Notes: a model not told the origin generated them from the sequence alone. DNA of 64,000 bases from IMGVR_UViG_3300046171_000252:62001-126000, one strand, 5' to 3'. Numbered from the stretch's first letter, positions 22,801-33,327 are shown. Translations and numbers: made by a program.

Positions 22801-25800
22801 TAGGTCGTTTTAGAACAAGAGCAACAGATACACTCGATTTCCGTCCAAGAGTATCCGTATTTGATCCAACTACTGCAACAATTTCTCCGTTTGATTTTAG
22901 TTCTAGAAGTTTTGATTCCGTTCCAAAACTTTTAATGGCACCTGGAGAAGGGTCTATTATAGGGTATGAGTATTATCTTCCCAGAATTGATAAATTATAT
23001 ATTGATAAATATGGAACTTTTATTGTTGAAAAAGGAATATCATCAAAGTATCCTAAAGCACCCACTAAAAATGATGCATTGTTAGAAATTGCTAGCATCA
23101 ATCTTCCACCTTACTTATATGTTCCACAAAATGCTTCTATAACTCTGATTGATAATAGAAGATTTACCATGAGAGACATTGGTGATATTGAAGATCGGGT
23201 TGAAAATTTGGAAAGAATAACTTCATTATCGTTATTAGAGTTAAATACACAGGCATTACAAATTAGAGATGCTGACGGAAAAAATAGATTTAAAAGTGGA
23301 TTCTTTGTTGACGATTTTAAAAATTATTCTTTAATTGATAGACCATTATCTTCCATACAAATTAATCCAACAGCAGAAGAATTAATACCAATTATTAGTA
23401 GAAATTCTCTTAAATCACAAATTGCACAAATTGATGATATTATCCCCCAAAGTTTAGATTTTACCAGTAATTTTGATTTATTAGATCCAAATGTTCAAAA
23501 AACTGGAGATTCGGTAACTTTAAAGTATGACGAAATAGATTGGATTGAACAACCAATAGCAACTACAGTAGAAAATGTTAATCCATTTCATGTTGTTGTA
23601 TATACTGGAGATATTGAATTGAATCCAGCAGTTGATACTTGGGTTAGAACTATTCAACTTCCAGATAGAAGTATTAGAACCTCCACCAATAGATCTAGAA
23701 CTCTTACACAAAATCTTACCAGCAGTATAAATTTAAATCTAGGCACAGCATCGATTGATGGTCAAACCACTACTAACACCAATCTGGACCGTTTAGGAAC
23801 CCGAGATCTTCGTTTAGTTCACAGAACTGGAGTAAGAACTAATGTAAGAAACCAAAATCTTAGTGCCAGTAGTTCAAGTTTCGATTCTAGCACAACTGTT
23901 GATACTATTAGTTTTGATGATATTAGTATTAGGAATGAACATATTTCATCTTCGGATGAAGCATTCATGAGATCTAGAAATACTGAATTCAAAGTTAGTA
24001 ATATTAAACCATCTACGAGATTCTATCAATTTCTTGATGGAAACAGTAGCGTTGATTTTATTCCAAAATTAATTGAAATTGCAAATAATCCATCTCTGGC
24101 AACTTATGGAACTTCCAATGGTTCTTTCGTAATTGGAGAAACAGTAGTTGGATCTGCTCTTGGCATAGGTGGAATTGGTCCATCTATTTCATTCAGAGTT
24201 GCTACACCAAATCATAAATATGGAGAATTTAATAATCCATCATCAGTATTTAATGTAAATCCATATGTAACCTCAGAGTCTATACCCTCAACATATAGCC
24301 AATCCTCCAAAATTCTTAATGTTGATACTTCTTCTTTATCTGAAGAAGCGCAGGGATTATATTCTGGTTATATTATACAGGGAATGAAATTAGTTGGTCA
24401 AACTAGTGGCGCAATTGCATATGTAAAAGATATTAGATTGATTTCAGATAATTATGGAGATTTAATAGGATCTTTCTTTATAAGAGATCCAAATGCAATC
24501 CCAGTCCCTTCAGTTAGACTCCAGACTGGAACAAAGACATTTAAAGTTACTTCTAGTGCTTCAAATGATTTGGGTCTTCCAGGAAGCAATTCAGTTTCTT
24601 TTGCAGAAACAAATTATAGTTCTACAGGTTCTTTAGAGCAGTGGCAAAATGAAGTTACTACTCGCACTGATAACCTTACAACTACATCTGTAATAAATCT
24701 TAGAACTCAAGCATCCGCATCTCTAGCAATTTCGCAATCAGACACTGTAATTACTGAAACATATACTGATCCATTAGCTCAAACATTTATTGTTGGAGGA
24801 AATGTAGAGGCACCATCAGATATTGATACTAGTGATGATATAAATGGAGCATTCTTAACTGCTGTTGATATTTTCTTTGCCAGAATAGACGAAGGAAACG
24901 CTCCGGTTAAAATTCAAATCAGAACTACAGAATTAGGATTCCCAACTAGAATTGTTTTGGGAAAAACAGTCACTTTAAGACCTACAACTGTCGATGCTAG
25001 TGGCAATATTGTAAAAAATATTCAAACATCAGATACTGGAGATATTGCAACAAAAGTTATTTTCCCAGAACCAATTTTCTTGCCACCCGGAAGAGAATAT
25101 GCTGTTGTTCTCTTGGCACCAACTAGTGATGAATATGAAGTATGGACGGCCACAATGGGCGAAACTTCTGTAGCATCTGTTAATCTTCCACCAAATTCGA
25201 ATGCACAAAGTGCTGTTTATTCAAGACAATTTGCGCTTGGAAGTTTATTCAAATCTCAAAATGGATCTATTTGGACTCCTAATCAGTATCAAGATCTCAA
25301 ATTTAAACTTTATAAAGCACAATTTACTTCTCAAACAGGAACAGCATTCTTCTATAATCCAGTATTAGATAAGAGTAATGATTATGTTTCTAAATTATCT
25401 ATCGATCCGGTAAGAACTTTACCAAAAACTGGAACAATTGGTATTACCACCATCAGCGGATCTTCTGCCAATATTGGAATACTGACCACAGGAAGAAAAC
25501 TTGCAGGTGGCAACAATACTAATGGATCCGCAATTGTTGTCGGTAGAGGAAGTTCTATAACAACATTAGGTGTGACTGAAGGTGGTTCTGGTTATGTGGT
25601 AGATTCTACTGTAAATACTTTTAATGTAGTCGGTGGTGGTTCTGGATTAAAATTAAATATTAGTGGTATTAATGCTGATACCGGTGCAATTACTGGTATT
25701 GCTGCAGCATCCGCAAAAGAAGATCGTGGTAATGGATATAAAATAGGTGATGTTGTTGGTATTGTTACCTCAACTGTTTCTAGTTCAACTGGAAAAGATG

Positions 25801-27344
25801 CGAGAATTACAATTACCGGAATTTCAACAGATGTTGATACACTTTATGTTTCTAATGTCCAGGGAGAATTTGGTTCTAGTGGCACTGGAAAAGCATTTAC
25901 AGTGGGTGCTGGAATAAGTTACTTTGCCAATGATGGAACATTAACTTCTATAGGAACTAATGATATATTAACTGTTACTGGAACAGGTGGTGTATATTCT
26001 GGAAACTATATGAGGGTAAATCATTTCAATCATGGAATGTACTCCAATACAAATAAGGTGATATTGAGTGATGTTCAGTCTAATATTGAACCAACAACTT
26101 TATCTGCGACATTATCAGTTAGTGATATTACTAGTGTCAGCGTAGCAAACACTAGCAACTTTACCACGTTTGAAGGTGTGGATGTAAGTGCATCAAATCC
26201 GGGATACATTAAAATAAATAATGAAATTATTACTTATGATGGTATCGGTTCTGGATCACTTTCAATTGCTAGTAATGGAAGAGCAACAGATTCTACTATT
26301 GCAGAATTGCATGATATTAATAACATCGTTTATAAGTATGAACTTAATGGAATCTCTTTGAGAAGAATAAATAAAACTCACACTATTGCGGAACCAATTG
26401 AAATTGATAATTATAGTATTGTTGTTGATGTATCCGCAAATGGGGTTGATAGAAGTGTTGATGGAACTCCTACAGGAATGCCACAACTTAATTTCTCTAA
26501 TGAAGCATCTACTGGCGGAAATGCTGTTAGAGCAACAGAAAATATTCTGTATGATTCTATAGTTCCAACTTATGACATAATTACTCCAGGTTCTTCTACT
26601 TCCATAAATGGGACAATAAGAACTATTAGTGGAACTAGTGTTGATGGAAATGAATCTTCATTCAATGATAATGGATTTGAACCAATTGGGATAAATGTAT
26701 TAAATACTTTGAATTCTCCGAGAATTGTTTGTTCTGAAGTGAATGAAAAACAATTCTTACCAAATCTCCCAAGAAACAAATCTTTTACAACAGGAATAAC
26801 TTTAAATTCTAATGATTCTAATTTATCTCCACAAATAAATTTAGATACTGCATTTACAGAGTTTAGATTTAGTCGTTTTGATAAACCAGTTGCTGATTAT
26901 GCGTCTGATGGTAGAGTCAAATCAATTTTCAATGATCCACACTCTGCAATATATGTTTCTAACACTGTATTCTTATCAAATCCTGCTACATCACTCAAAG
27001 TAATTTTAAATGCATATAGGCATCAATCTGCAGACTTTAGAGTTCTTTATAATTTAATAAGATCAGATTCTGGGGAAGTCGATCAAACATTTGAATTATT
27101 CCCTGGATATGATAATTTAACTTTTACCGATGATCTTGGGTATACCATTGTAGATGCATCTAAGAATAGTGGACTACCGGATAAGTTTGTTCCAGCAAGT
27201 TTGTCTAATCAATTTTTAGAATATGATTTTACTGCAAATGAATTGCCATTGTTCATCGGATACACAATTAAAATTGTAATGTCTGGTACTAATCAGGCAT
27301 ATCCCCCAAGAATTAGTGAATTGAGGACTATAGCAGTAAGATGA
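19812..27344 (+). CDS. Large virion structural protein, VrlC/DUF4815-like (2,510 aa)
   Basis: NLNINPYYDD..FYKVLFKPG.PVQARELTTLQ, APGADRFK, RTYDESGDY, RFKSGFFVDDF, DPLAQTF. Confidence 0.8.
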   Translation: MSQKTNLNINPYYDDYDSEKNFYKVLFKPGFPVQARELTTLQSVLQGQVESFGSHIFKEGSVVVPGNISYDGQFYAVKLNATSAGIDVALYIENFIGKKIIGQESGTTAKIQQIEFADNNNFEFLTIYVKYLDSDNDFEFTPFQDGESLSCVDNVTYGNTTIPAETEFASLIASDATAIGSAASIGKGIYFIRGYFVNVSQQTLLLDNYTNTPSYRVGLKIDELILGSKDDESLFDNAKGFTNFAAPGADRFKINLTLTKKLISDVNDTDFVELLRLKDGKIQKITTKTQYNQIRDYMAERTYDESGDYAVKPFDPSVHNSLNNRLGNNGLFFSNELTQQRNTPSEDLMCFKISPGKAYVRGYDVEKVGTTIIDVEKPRDTQKESNVTVPFEMGNLLRVNNVTGVPQNKATIQLLNRKTGDTESVIGDARVYTFNLTDAAYSGVETKYDLRLYDIQTYTKLSLNQSVDATDMPEGSFIKGKSSGASGFLVGAGAGASVGILLRQTSGSFAKGEQITVNGVDFSRTISDFIEYGTQNIKSVKQAAGGGFPAFTADSVLEKFNMPNGISQISIPLVGNLGNTGVSTVTVTGNVFSGIRTDTLISYQRPGFSTETVNRVSSISADKLSIELSPVSAGAGITGVYDGKLPSGSGNLLVTPLARGPIIDSENAQLFSRLPDINISSVDLLNSTFTVVDQITGESTDSSGTLTFDLSSISGITSASFATFDQERYGVHYSTGIAGTITSDTFDLTSNVVTIKGLRASQSNVIVNTTLTKFGVQSKIKQYNRSQTLNITRSKYSDSGVGINTSNNDGLNFNTQYGLRVQDEEISLNYPDVAKVIVIYESLGTGNPTLDKFQFTSTANVQTNAIIGENIVGNSSNAIARVVSSPSANNLELVYLSDDVFNVGETVTFQESNIITEIETITSGSYKDVTQLFKLNKGQKDEYYDYSRIVRNKNVPEPTRKLLVIFDYYSVPSDDTGDAFTVLSYDEERFAQDIPTIGRFRTRATDTLDFRPRVSVFDPTTATISPFDFSSRSFDSVPKLLMAPGEGSIIGYEYYLPRIDKLYIDKYGTFIVEKGISSKYPKAPTKNDALLEIASINLPPYLYVPQNASITLIDNRRFTMRDIGDIEDRVENLERITSLSLLELNTQALQIRDADGKNRFKSGFFVDDFKNYSLIDRPLSSIQINPTAEELIPIISRNSLKSQIAQIDDIIPQSLDFTSNFDLLDPNVQKTGDSVTLKYDEIDWIEQPIATTVENVNPFHVVVYTGDIELNPAVDTWVRTIQLPDRSIRTSTNRSRTLTQNLTSSINLNLGTASIDGQTTTNTNLDRLGTRDLRLVHRTGVRTNVRNQNLSASSSSFDSSTTVDTISFDDISIRNEHISSSDEAFMRSRNTEFKVSNIKPSTRFYQFLDGNSSVDFIPKLIEIANNPSLATYGTSNGSFVIGETVVGSALGIGGIGPSISFRVATPNHKYGEFNNPSSVFNVNPYVTSESIPSTYSQSSKILNVDTSSLSEEAQGLYSGYIIQGMKLVGQTSGAIAYVKDIRLISDNYGDLIGSFFIRDPNAIPVPSVRLQTGTKTFKVTSSASNDLGLPGSNSVSFAETNYSSTGSLEQWQNEVTTRTDNLTTTSVINLRTQASASLAISQSDTVITETYTDPLAQTFIVGGNVEAPSDIDTSDDINGAFLTAVDIFFARIDEGNAPVKIQIRTTELGFPTRIVLGKTVTLRPTTVDASGNIVKNIQTSDTGDIATKVIFPEPIFLPPGREYAVVLLAPTSDEYEVWTATMGETSVASVNLPPNSNAQSAVYSRQFALGSLFKSQNGSIWTPNQYQDLKFKLYKAQFTSQTGTAFFYNPVLDKSNDYVSKLSIDPVRTLPKTGTIGITTISGSSANIGILTTGRKLAGGNNTNGSAIVVGRGSSITTLGVTEGGSGYVVDSTVNTFNVVGGGSGLKLNISGINADTGAITGIAAASAKEDRGNGYKIGDVVGIVTSTVSSSTGKDARITITGISTDVDTLYVSNVQGEFGSSGTGKAFTVGAGISYFANDGTLTSIGTNDILTVTGTGGVYSGNYMRVNHFNHGMYSNTNKVILSDVQSNIEPTTLSATLSVSDITSVSVANTSNFTTFEGVDVSASNPGYIKINNEIITYDGIGSGSLSIASNGRATDSTIAELHDINNIVYKYELNGISLRRINKTHTIAEPIEIDNYSIVVDVSANGVDRSVDGTPTGMPQLNFSNEASTGGNAVRATENILYDSIVPTYDIITPGSSTSINGTIRTISGTSVDGNESSFNDNGFEPIGINVLNTLNSPRIVCSEVNEKQFLPNLPRNKSFTTGITLNSNDSNLSPQINLDTAFTEFRFSRFDKPVADYASDGRVKSIFNDPHSAIYVSNTVFLSNPATSLKVILNAYRHQSADFRVLYNLIRSDSGEVDQTFELFPGYDNLTFTDDLGYTIVDASKNSGLPDKFVPASLSNQFLEYDFTANELPLFIGYTIKIVMSGTNQAYPPRISELRTIAVR

Positions 27345-27553
27345 TTAAAGTTAAAGGTTATCAAAATTTATATCGTGATGAAACAAGTGGAGCTATAATT
27401 AATACTGATTCTATGGCATATAATCAGTATGTAAGTTCTTTGGAACAAAGAAATCTCCAAAAAAGAGAAATCTCTGAAATGAAAAATGATATTAACGAGA
27501 TAAAATCTCTTCTCAGAAATTTATTGATGAATTCTGAGAATATAAATATCTAA
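27341..27553 (+). CDS. Small conserved hypothetical protein with a coiled-coil C-terminus
   Basis: LYRDETSGAIINTD motif; overlaps the upstream stop. Confidence 0.7.
   Translation: MIKVKGYQNLYRDETSGAIINTDSMAYNQYVSSLEQRNLQKREISEMKNDINEIKSLLRNLLMNSENINI
27541..27548 (+). promoter_or_regulatory. Late promoter TATAAATA
   Basis: Exact consensus upstream of ORF 27581. Confidence 0.65.
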
Positions 27554-27580
27554 AGATAAGATAGCATAATTTTTTGAATA

Positions 27581-27916
27581 ATGGCAGTATTTGTATCTAA
27601 CATCACGATTGAACAAGGTTTCGACTTTGATACTTCTTTTCAGTTAGAAGATACCAGAACAAACACCCCATTGGTTTTAACCGGTGCTGCGACAGAAGGC
27701 ATGTTGAGAAAAAGTTATACTAGTGCAAGTGCCGTTTCCTTTGCTTCTACAGTCTCTGACGATGTTAATGGGATTATTTCAATATCTCTAACATCTTCGC
27801 AAACAGTGGCATTAAAGGCAGGAAGATACGTATATGATGTAAAAATAACTAGTGCCGGAAAAGAATATAAAGCTGTTGAAGGGTCAGCATTAGTAAGAGC
27901 CGGAGTCACTAGGTAA
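27581..27916 (+). CDS. Small virion protein, probably an Ig-like fibre-attachment domain
   Basis: ITIEQG.DF...GRYVYDV...VEG.A.V..GVT; precedes the fibre gene. Confidence 0.65.
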   Translation: MAVFVSNITIEQGFDFDTSFQLEDTRTNTPLVLTGAATEGMLRKSYTSASAVSFASTVSDDVNGIISISLTSSQTVALKAGRYVYDVKITSAGKEYKAVEGSALVRAGVTR

Positions 27917-29778
27917 TGCCAAGCATAAACGATAGAATTGGATCACAAAACGTAATTCGCGTATTATCCAATGCTTCTGCGCCACCATCAAGATTACTCA
28001 ATCTAACTGACGTTGATTCAACATCTCAGACAGATGGTAATTTATTAATCTGGGATGCTACAGATAATAAATTCTTCATGAGTCGTACTCTCGATTCAAC
28101 AGAGGGATACGAATTTACTGGCGGAACAAATTCAGTAGGAATAGTATCATTTTCTGGAAGTACTCAATCAGAATCAACTGTAACTGGTGCAGTAATTGTC
28201 AGTGGTGGTTTTGCAGTAGGAAAAAATGCAAATTTTGCTGAGCAATTAAATGTTGTTGGCATTGCAACTTTTTCAAATGAAATTGATATTAATGCTGCCG
28301 TTGATATTTTAAGAGGATTAAATGTCTCCGGTATTACGAGTGTAGCATCCCTCAATGTAGGTGCCACACAGGTAATTAGTAGTGGAAGAGAACTTCAAAA
28401 TATTGTTTCTTTAGATGCTACCACCACAGCAACCATTGAAGCAGCAATTGAAGTTGCTCCAAACACATTTACCGATTTAAAGATTAGTGGTGTATCAACC
28501 TTCATTGGTATTGCAACATATGCCGCAGGACTTCAAGTCGTTTCCGGCGTATCAACATTTAATGCTGCTGTTGACATTGATGCAGGACTAGATGTAGATG
28601 GACAGACTGACCTAGATGAACTTGTAGTTGCTGGTGTATCTACATTTAGTGCTGCTGTTGATATAAATGCTGGCGGTCAGGCAAATACATTCAAAGTAGA
28701 GGATCTTACAGATAATCGTGTAGTAATTGCCGGAACTGGTGGAGAACTTGAGGATGATTCAAATTTCACCTTTGACGGTGCTACATTATCAGTTGGTGTA
28801 AAATTAGATGTAGATGGCGATACTCAAGTAGATGATCTAAATGTTGCAGGTGTTGCGACTTTTAGTTCTCTCGTTGATGCTAATAATCGTCTTGATGTAG
28901 TCGGTGGTGCCAATCTAGACCAACTAAATGTATCTGGCATTACTACACTTGGTGCTGTTGATATTAATGGCATAATAGACATTGATGGTCAATTAGATGT
29001 AGATGAGTTAATAGTTGCCGGTGTTTCTACTTTCAATTCTGCTGTTGATATTAATGCCGGATTGGACGTAGACGGTCAATTAGATGCAGATGAACTGGTT
29101 GTTGCTGGTGTATCTACATTTAGTTCTGCTGTTGATATTAATGCAGGACTTGATGTTGATGGTCAATCAGATTTAGATGAGTTAGTTGTTGCTGGCGTAT
29201 CTACCTTTAGTGCTGCTGTTGATATTAATAGCACATTAGATGTAGATGGAGATACTCAAGTAGATGACCTCAATGTTGCTGGTGTTGCAACATTCTCATC
29301 GCTCGTTGATGCAAATAATCGTCTTGATGTTGTTGGTGGTGCAAATCTAGACCAACTCAACGTTGCCGGTATTGCCACATTTACTACTATTGATGCCAAT
29401 GGTGGTTTAGATATTGATGGACAATTGGATGTTGATGAACTGGTTGTTGCTGGCGTATCTACCTTTAGTGCTGCTGTTGATATTAATAGCACATTAGATG
29501 TAGATGGAGACACCCAGTTAGATGATCTAAATGTTGCCGGTGTTGCGACCTTCAGTTCTTTAATAGATGCCAATAATAGATTAGATGTTGTTGGTGGTGC
29601 AAATCTAGACCAACTCAACATTGTCGGAGTATCAACCTTTGGTAATGTTTCTATTTTTAATGATGATGTAAGAATTGCTGCCGGGGGATTGGATGTTGTT
29701 GGTGTTGCAACATTCTCTACTAATGTAAATGTTACAGGAACACTTGATGCCGGACTCATCGATGGAGGTACATACTGA
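27916..29778 (+). CDS. Repeat-rich fibre protein at the wac/fibritin position
   Basis: 29-aa repeats AGVSTFSAAVDINAGLDVDGQSDLDELVV; C-terminal IDGGTY; directly before gp13. Confidence 0.7.
   Translation: MPSINDRIGSQNVIRVLSNASAPPSRLLNLTDVDSTSQTDGNLLIWDATDNKFFMSRTLDSTEGYEFTGGTNSVGIVSFSGSTQSESTVTGAVIVSGGFAVGKNANFAEQLNVVGIATFSNEIDINAAVDILRGLNVSGITSVASLNVGATQVISSGRELQNIVSLDATTTATIEAAIEVAPNTFTDLKISGVSTFIGIATYAAGLQVVSGVSTFNAAVDIDAGLDVDGQTDLDELVVAGVSTFSAAVDINAGGQANTFKVEDLTDNRVVIAGTGGELEDDSNFTFDGATLSVGVKLDVDGDTQVDDLNVAGVATFSSLVDANNRLDVVGGANLDQLNVSGITTLGAVDINGIIDIDGQLDVDELIVAGVSTFNSAVDINAGLDVDGQLDADELVVAGVSTFSSAVDINAGLDVDGQSDLDELVVAGVSTFSAAVDINSTLDVDGDTQVDDLNVAGVATFSSLVDANNRLDVVGGANLDQLNVAGIATFTTIDANGGLDIDGQLDVDELVVAGVSTFSAAVDINSTLDVDGDTQLDDLNVAGVATFSSLIDANNRLDVVGGANLDQLNIVGVSTFGNVSIFNDDVRIAAGGLDVVGVATFSTNVNVTGTLDAGLIDGGTY
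28540..29640 (+). repeat. Degenerate ~87-bp coding tandem repeat, including an exact 68-bp duplication (29185-29252 = 29443-29510)
   Basis: Repeats read directly in DNA and protein. Confidence 0.85.
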
Positions 29779-30629
29779 TGGCAAAACCAGCAAGCAGACA
29801 GGAATTAGTTGATTACTCACTGAGGCAGTTGGGAGCTCCAGTATTGGAAATCAATATAGATGATGATCAACTAGATGACTTAGTTGATGATGCTCTTCAA
29901 TATTTTCAGGAACGTCATTTTGATGGCGTTGAGAGAATGTATCTCAAATACAAACTTACCGAGGATGATATTAATAGAGGAACTGCTCAAGTTGGCGGGA
30001 CTAATACAGTAGGTATTGTAACAACATCTGGAATCACTACCACAGTAAGTGGTATGACTACAACAACTAATTATTTTTACGAAAATTCTAATTTCCTTCA
30101 AGTTCCAGATTCGGTTATTGGAATTGAAAAAGTGTTTAGATTTGATAGTAGCACTATATCAAACGGAATGTTTAATATTAAATATCAGTTATTTCTGAAT
30201 GATATATATCAGTTCAATTCAATAGAACTCCTTCAATATTCAATGGTAAAAACTTATTTGGAAGATATTGAATTTTTACTGAGCACCGATAAGCAGATTA
30301 GATTTAATAAAAGACAAAATAGATTGTATTTGGATATTGATTGGAAATCAGAAAAGAAAGATACTTTTCTGATTCTTGATTGTTATAGAATTTTAGATCC
30401 CAACACATTTACTAATGTGTATAATGATAGTTTTTTAAAGAAATATTTAACTGCTCTTATAAAAAAACAATGGGGACAAAATTTATTGAAATTTAGAGGT
30501 GCAAAACTTCCAGGTGGATTAGAACTTAATGGAAGAGAATTGTATGATGATGCTTTGAGAGAATTAGATGACATAAAGCAAAGAATGTCTTCAGAATATG
30601 AACTACCACCTCTTGATTTAATCGGATAG
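29778..30629 (+). CDS. gp13: Neck protein gp13
   Basis: LRQLGAPVLEINIDDDQ..FQERHFDG; KQWGQNL.KF.G.KLPGG. Confidence 0.92.
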   Translation: MAKPASRQELVDYSLRQLGAPVLEINIDDDQLDDLVDDALQYFQERHFDGVERMYLKYKLTEDDINRGTAQVGGTNTVGIVTTSGITTTVSGMTTTTNYFYENSNFLQVPDSVIGIEKVFRFDSSTISNGMFNIKYQLFLNDIYQFNSIELLQYSMVKTYLEDIEFLLSTDKQIRFNKRQNRLYLDIDWKSEKKDTFLILDCYRILDPNTFTNVYNDSFLKKYLTALIKKQWGQNLLKFRGAKLPGGLELNGRELYDDALRELDDIKQRMSSEYELPPLDLIG

Positions 30630-30634
30630 TTATT

Positions 30635-32083
30635 ATGGTATTAAATTCTTATTTTTTACAAGGTAGTACTGGTGAGCAAACGCTCATGCAGGATTTGGTT
30701 AATGAACACATACAAATTCATGGCATAGAAGTATACTATCTACCAAGAAAAATATTTAAAACTGATAATATTATAAAAGAAATTCAATCATCAAAGTTTG
30801 ATGATAATTTTCTTATAGAAGCATATTTAAATAATGTTGATGGTTATACGCCAGACAGCGACATAATGACAAAGTTTGGTTTAAGATTAAAAAATGAAGT
30901 AAATTTGACAATATCAAGAGAAAGATTTGAGGATTTTATTTCTCCCTTTCTTGAAGGAATTTCTTCTGGTATTAGAGAGGGTCAAATTACAGGATATACT
31001 TTTGGAGATTTAATTACAAGACCAAAAGAAGGGGATTTGATTTATTTTCCTCTTGGAGAAAGGTTGTTTGAAATAAAAAGAGTAGAACATGAAAAACCAT
31101 TTTATCAACTTGGCAAACTTTATACTTATGATTTAAGTTGTGAACTGTTTGAATATGAAAATGAGTTTATTGATACTAGCATTGCCGAAGTTGATAATCA
31201 ACTGAAAGATGAAGGTTATATTACAACAATTGACCTTGTTGGAATTGGCAAAACTGCACAGGCAACTGTTGGAGTATCAAGTGGTCGTGTCACTGAGATA
31301 TTCTTAAATAACGATGGATCAGGTTTTACATCTGCACCTACCATTACTTTCTCGGATCCACAAAATGGTGGATTTACTGCTTCTGCAGTTGCTATTACAA
31401 CTCAGAGAGCTAACGTCACTTCAATCTTTAGACTTGAAATGACAAATGCTGGTGCAGGATATACAGTGGCACCAACTATTACAATTTCTGGTGGTGGTGG
31501 TTCTGGTGCTGCTGCAACATGCTCTATCTCTACTACTTTTGGTGTTCAGCAAGTTGTTGTTGGTGTTGCCGGAACTGGATACTCATTTGCTCCAAATGTT
31601 AGTGTTGCTACTCCTCCATCAGGAATCAACACTGCTGTTCTCAATCCAGTATTCTCATCTTCTGTTGGTGCCGGAATTAATACAGTAAGAATTCTGAATT
31701 CTGGTATTGGTTATACATCCGGTCCAATAAGTCTTGAGTTCTCTGGACCTACTTCTGGAATTGGAACTTTCTACTATAACGAAACGATCACGGGTCAAAG
31801 TTCTGGAGTTACTGCTGTTGTTAAGGACTTTGATTCTGGTATTCAAGTTTCTGCTGCAGGAACAGTAACGGTTATTGAAGAAACTAAACTGAGAGTATCA
31901 CTCAATACAGGTCAATTCTTTGAAGGAGAAACTATTGTTGGAAGTGCATCCACTGCTACATATATTGTAAAGACTCATGATCTTGATAGTCATGATCAAC
32001 CATCAGACTCAAATGAAGAAATTGAATTAGAAGCAGATTCTCTTTTAGATTTTAGTGAAAGTAATCCCTTCGGAGAATATTAA
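30635..32083 (+). CDS. gp14: Neck protein gp14 with inserted Gly/Thr-rich repeats
   Basis: GIEVYYLPR, RPKEGDLIYFP, VEHEKPFYQLG, DFSESNPFG. Confidence 0.9.
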   Translation: MVLNSYFLQGSTGEQTLMQDLVNEHIQIHGIEVYYLPRKIFKTDNIIKEIQSSKFDDNFLIEAYLNNVDGYTPDSDIMTKFGLRLKNEVNLTISRERFEDFISPFLEGISSGIREGQITGYTFGDLITRPKEGDLIYFPLGERLFEIKRVEHEKPFYQLGKLYTYDLSCELFEYENEFIDTSIAEVDNQLKDEGYITTIDLVGIGKTAQATVGVSSGRVTEIFLNNDGSGFTSAPTITFSDPQNGGFTASAVAITTQRANVTSIFRLEMTNAGAGYTVAPTITISGGGGSGAAATCSISTTFGVQQVVVGVAGTGYSFAPNVSVATPPSGINTAVLNPVFSSSVGAGINTVRILNSGIGYTSGPISLEFSGPTSGIGTFYYNETITGQSSGVTAVVKDFDSGIQVSAAGTVTVIEETKLRVSLNTGQFFEGETIVGSASTATYIVKTHDLDSHDQPSDSNEEIELEADSLLDFSESNPFGEY

Positions 32084-32880
32084 TGTTAGGAACTTATTAC
32101 TACCACGAAATAATACGAAAGACAATTATTTCTTTCGGAACTTTGTTTAATAACATTAATATTAAGCATAAAAAATCAGATGGAACGATTCTTGATGATA
32201 TCAAAGTTGGTTTGGCATATGGACCACAACAAAAGTATTTGGCAAAAATTCAAGAACAAGCAGAGTTATCAAAATCAATTGCCATAACTTTGCCAAGGAT
32301 GTCATTTGAGATGACAAATATTCAATATGATCCTACAAGAAAATCGGGAATAACACAAACATTCAAGGCATCAGATGGGACAAATTTGAAAAAAGTTTTT
32401 ATGCCTGTTCCTTATAATATTGGATTTGAGTTAAGTATTTTTAGTAAGTTGAATGATGATGCATTACAAATTATTGAACAAATACTTCCATTTTTTCAAC
32501 CATCATTTAATTTAACAGTAGATCTAGTAAGTTCTATTGGAGAAAAAAGAGACATACCCATAGTACTAGAAAATATTTCTTTCCAAGATGATTATGAAGG
32601 ATCTTTTGAAACTAGAAGAGCACTAATATACACTTTAAGTTTCACTGCAAAAACTTATTTGTTTGGTCCGGTTGCCGAAAGTACAGAAGGACTTATCAAA
32701 AAAGTTATTGTCGATCAACATTCTGGCACAAATACTCAAACTGCAAAACGAGAGGTCAGATATACCGTTACTCCAGATCCATTGGATGCAGGACCAAATG
32801 ATGATTTTGGGTTCTCTGAAACTTGGACAGATTATGGTGATTCAAAAGACCTCAGTCCTACAAGACAAATAGATTTGTAA
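32083..32880 (+). CDS. gp15: Tail sheath stabiliser/terminator gp15
   Basis: YYHEIIRKTIISFGTLFN, TLPRMSFE, VPYNI, QIIEQILPFFQP. Confidence 0.92.
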   Translation: MLGTYYYHEIIRKTIISFGTLFNNINIKHKKSDGTILDDIKVGLAYGPQQKYLAKIQEQAELSKSIAITLPRMSFEMTNIQYDPTRKSGITQTFKASDGTNLKKVFMPVPYNIGFELSIFSKLNDDALQIIEQILPFFQPSFNLTVDLVSSIGEKRDIPIVLENISFQDDYEGSFETRRALIYTLSFTAKTYLFGPVAESTEGLIKKVIVDQHSGTNTQTAKREVRYTVTPDPLDAGPNDDFGFSETWTDYGDSKDLSPTRQIDL

Positions 32881-32886
32881 TTTGAT

Positions 32887-33327
32887 ATGAAAAATAACTA
32901 TGATAATTTGGATGAAGCACTTAATGTTGAGAGCAGCATTGTTGAGGTTGATAAAACACCTAAATCTATTGATGTTGCTGCTCCAAAATCTGCATCAAAA
33001 CCAGAGGATATTAAAAAGGATTATGATTATACCAGAGCAAATTTATATTCTTTGATTGAAAAAGGTCAGGAAACTTTAAATGGTATAATGGAACTTGCCA
33101 GCGAAGGTGGAAGTCCCAGAGCATACGAAGTTGCAGGTCAACTCATTAAATCAGTTGCTGATACGACTGATAAATTAATGGACCTTCAGAAAAAGGTAAA
33201 AGAGGTAGATGAAGAATCAACAAGTAAAACTAGCAGTGTCACAAACAATGCAGTGTTTATTGGTTCTACCTCAGACTTATCAAAAATGTTAAAGAAAGGA
33301 TTTTTAGATAGCAATTCCGAAAAATAG
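32887..33327 (+). CDS. gp16: Terminase small subunit gp16
   Basis: DYDYTRANLY..PRAYEVAGQLIK..VTNNAVFIGST. Confidence 0.9.
   Translation: MKNNYDNLDEALNVESSIVEVDKTPKSIDVAAPKSASKPEDIKKDYDYTRANLYSLIEKGQETLNGIMELASEGGSPRAYEVAGQLIKSVADTTDKLMDLQKKVKEVDEESTSKTSSVTNNAVFIGSTSDLSKMLKKGFLDSNSEK

Noticed and set aside
28540-29640. Periodic repeats as a CRISPR array or diversity-generating retroelement
   Set aside because: Repeats are in-frame coding units with synonymous variation, no unique spacers, no adenine-specific mismatch pattern, and no cas or reverse transcriptase gene in the window.
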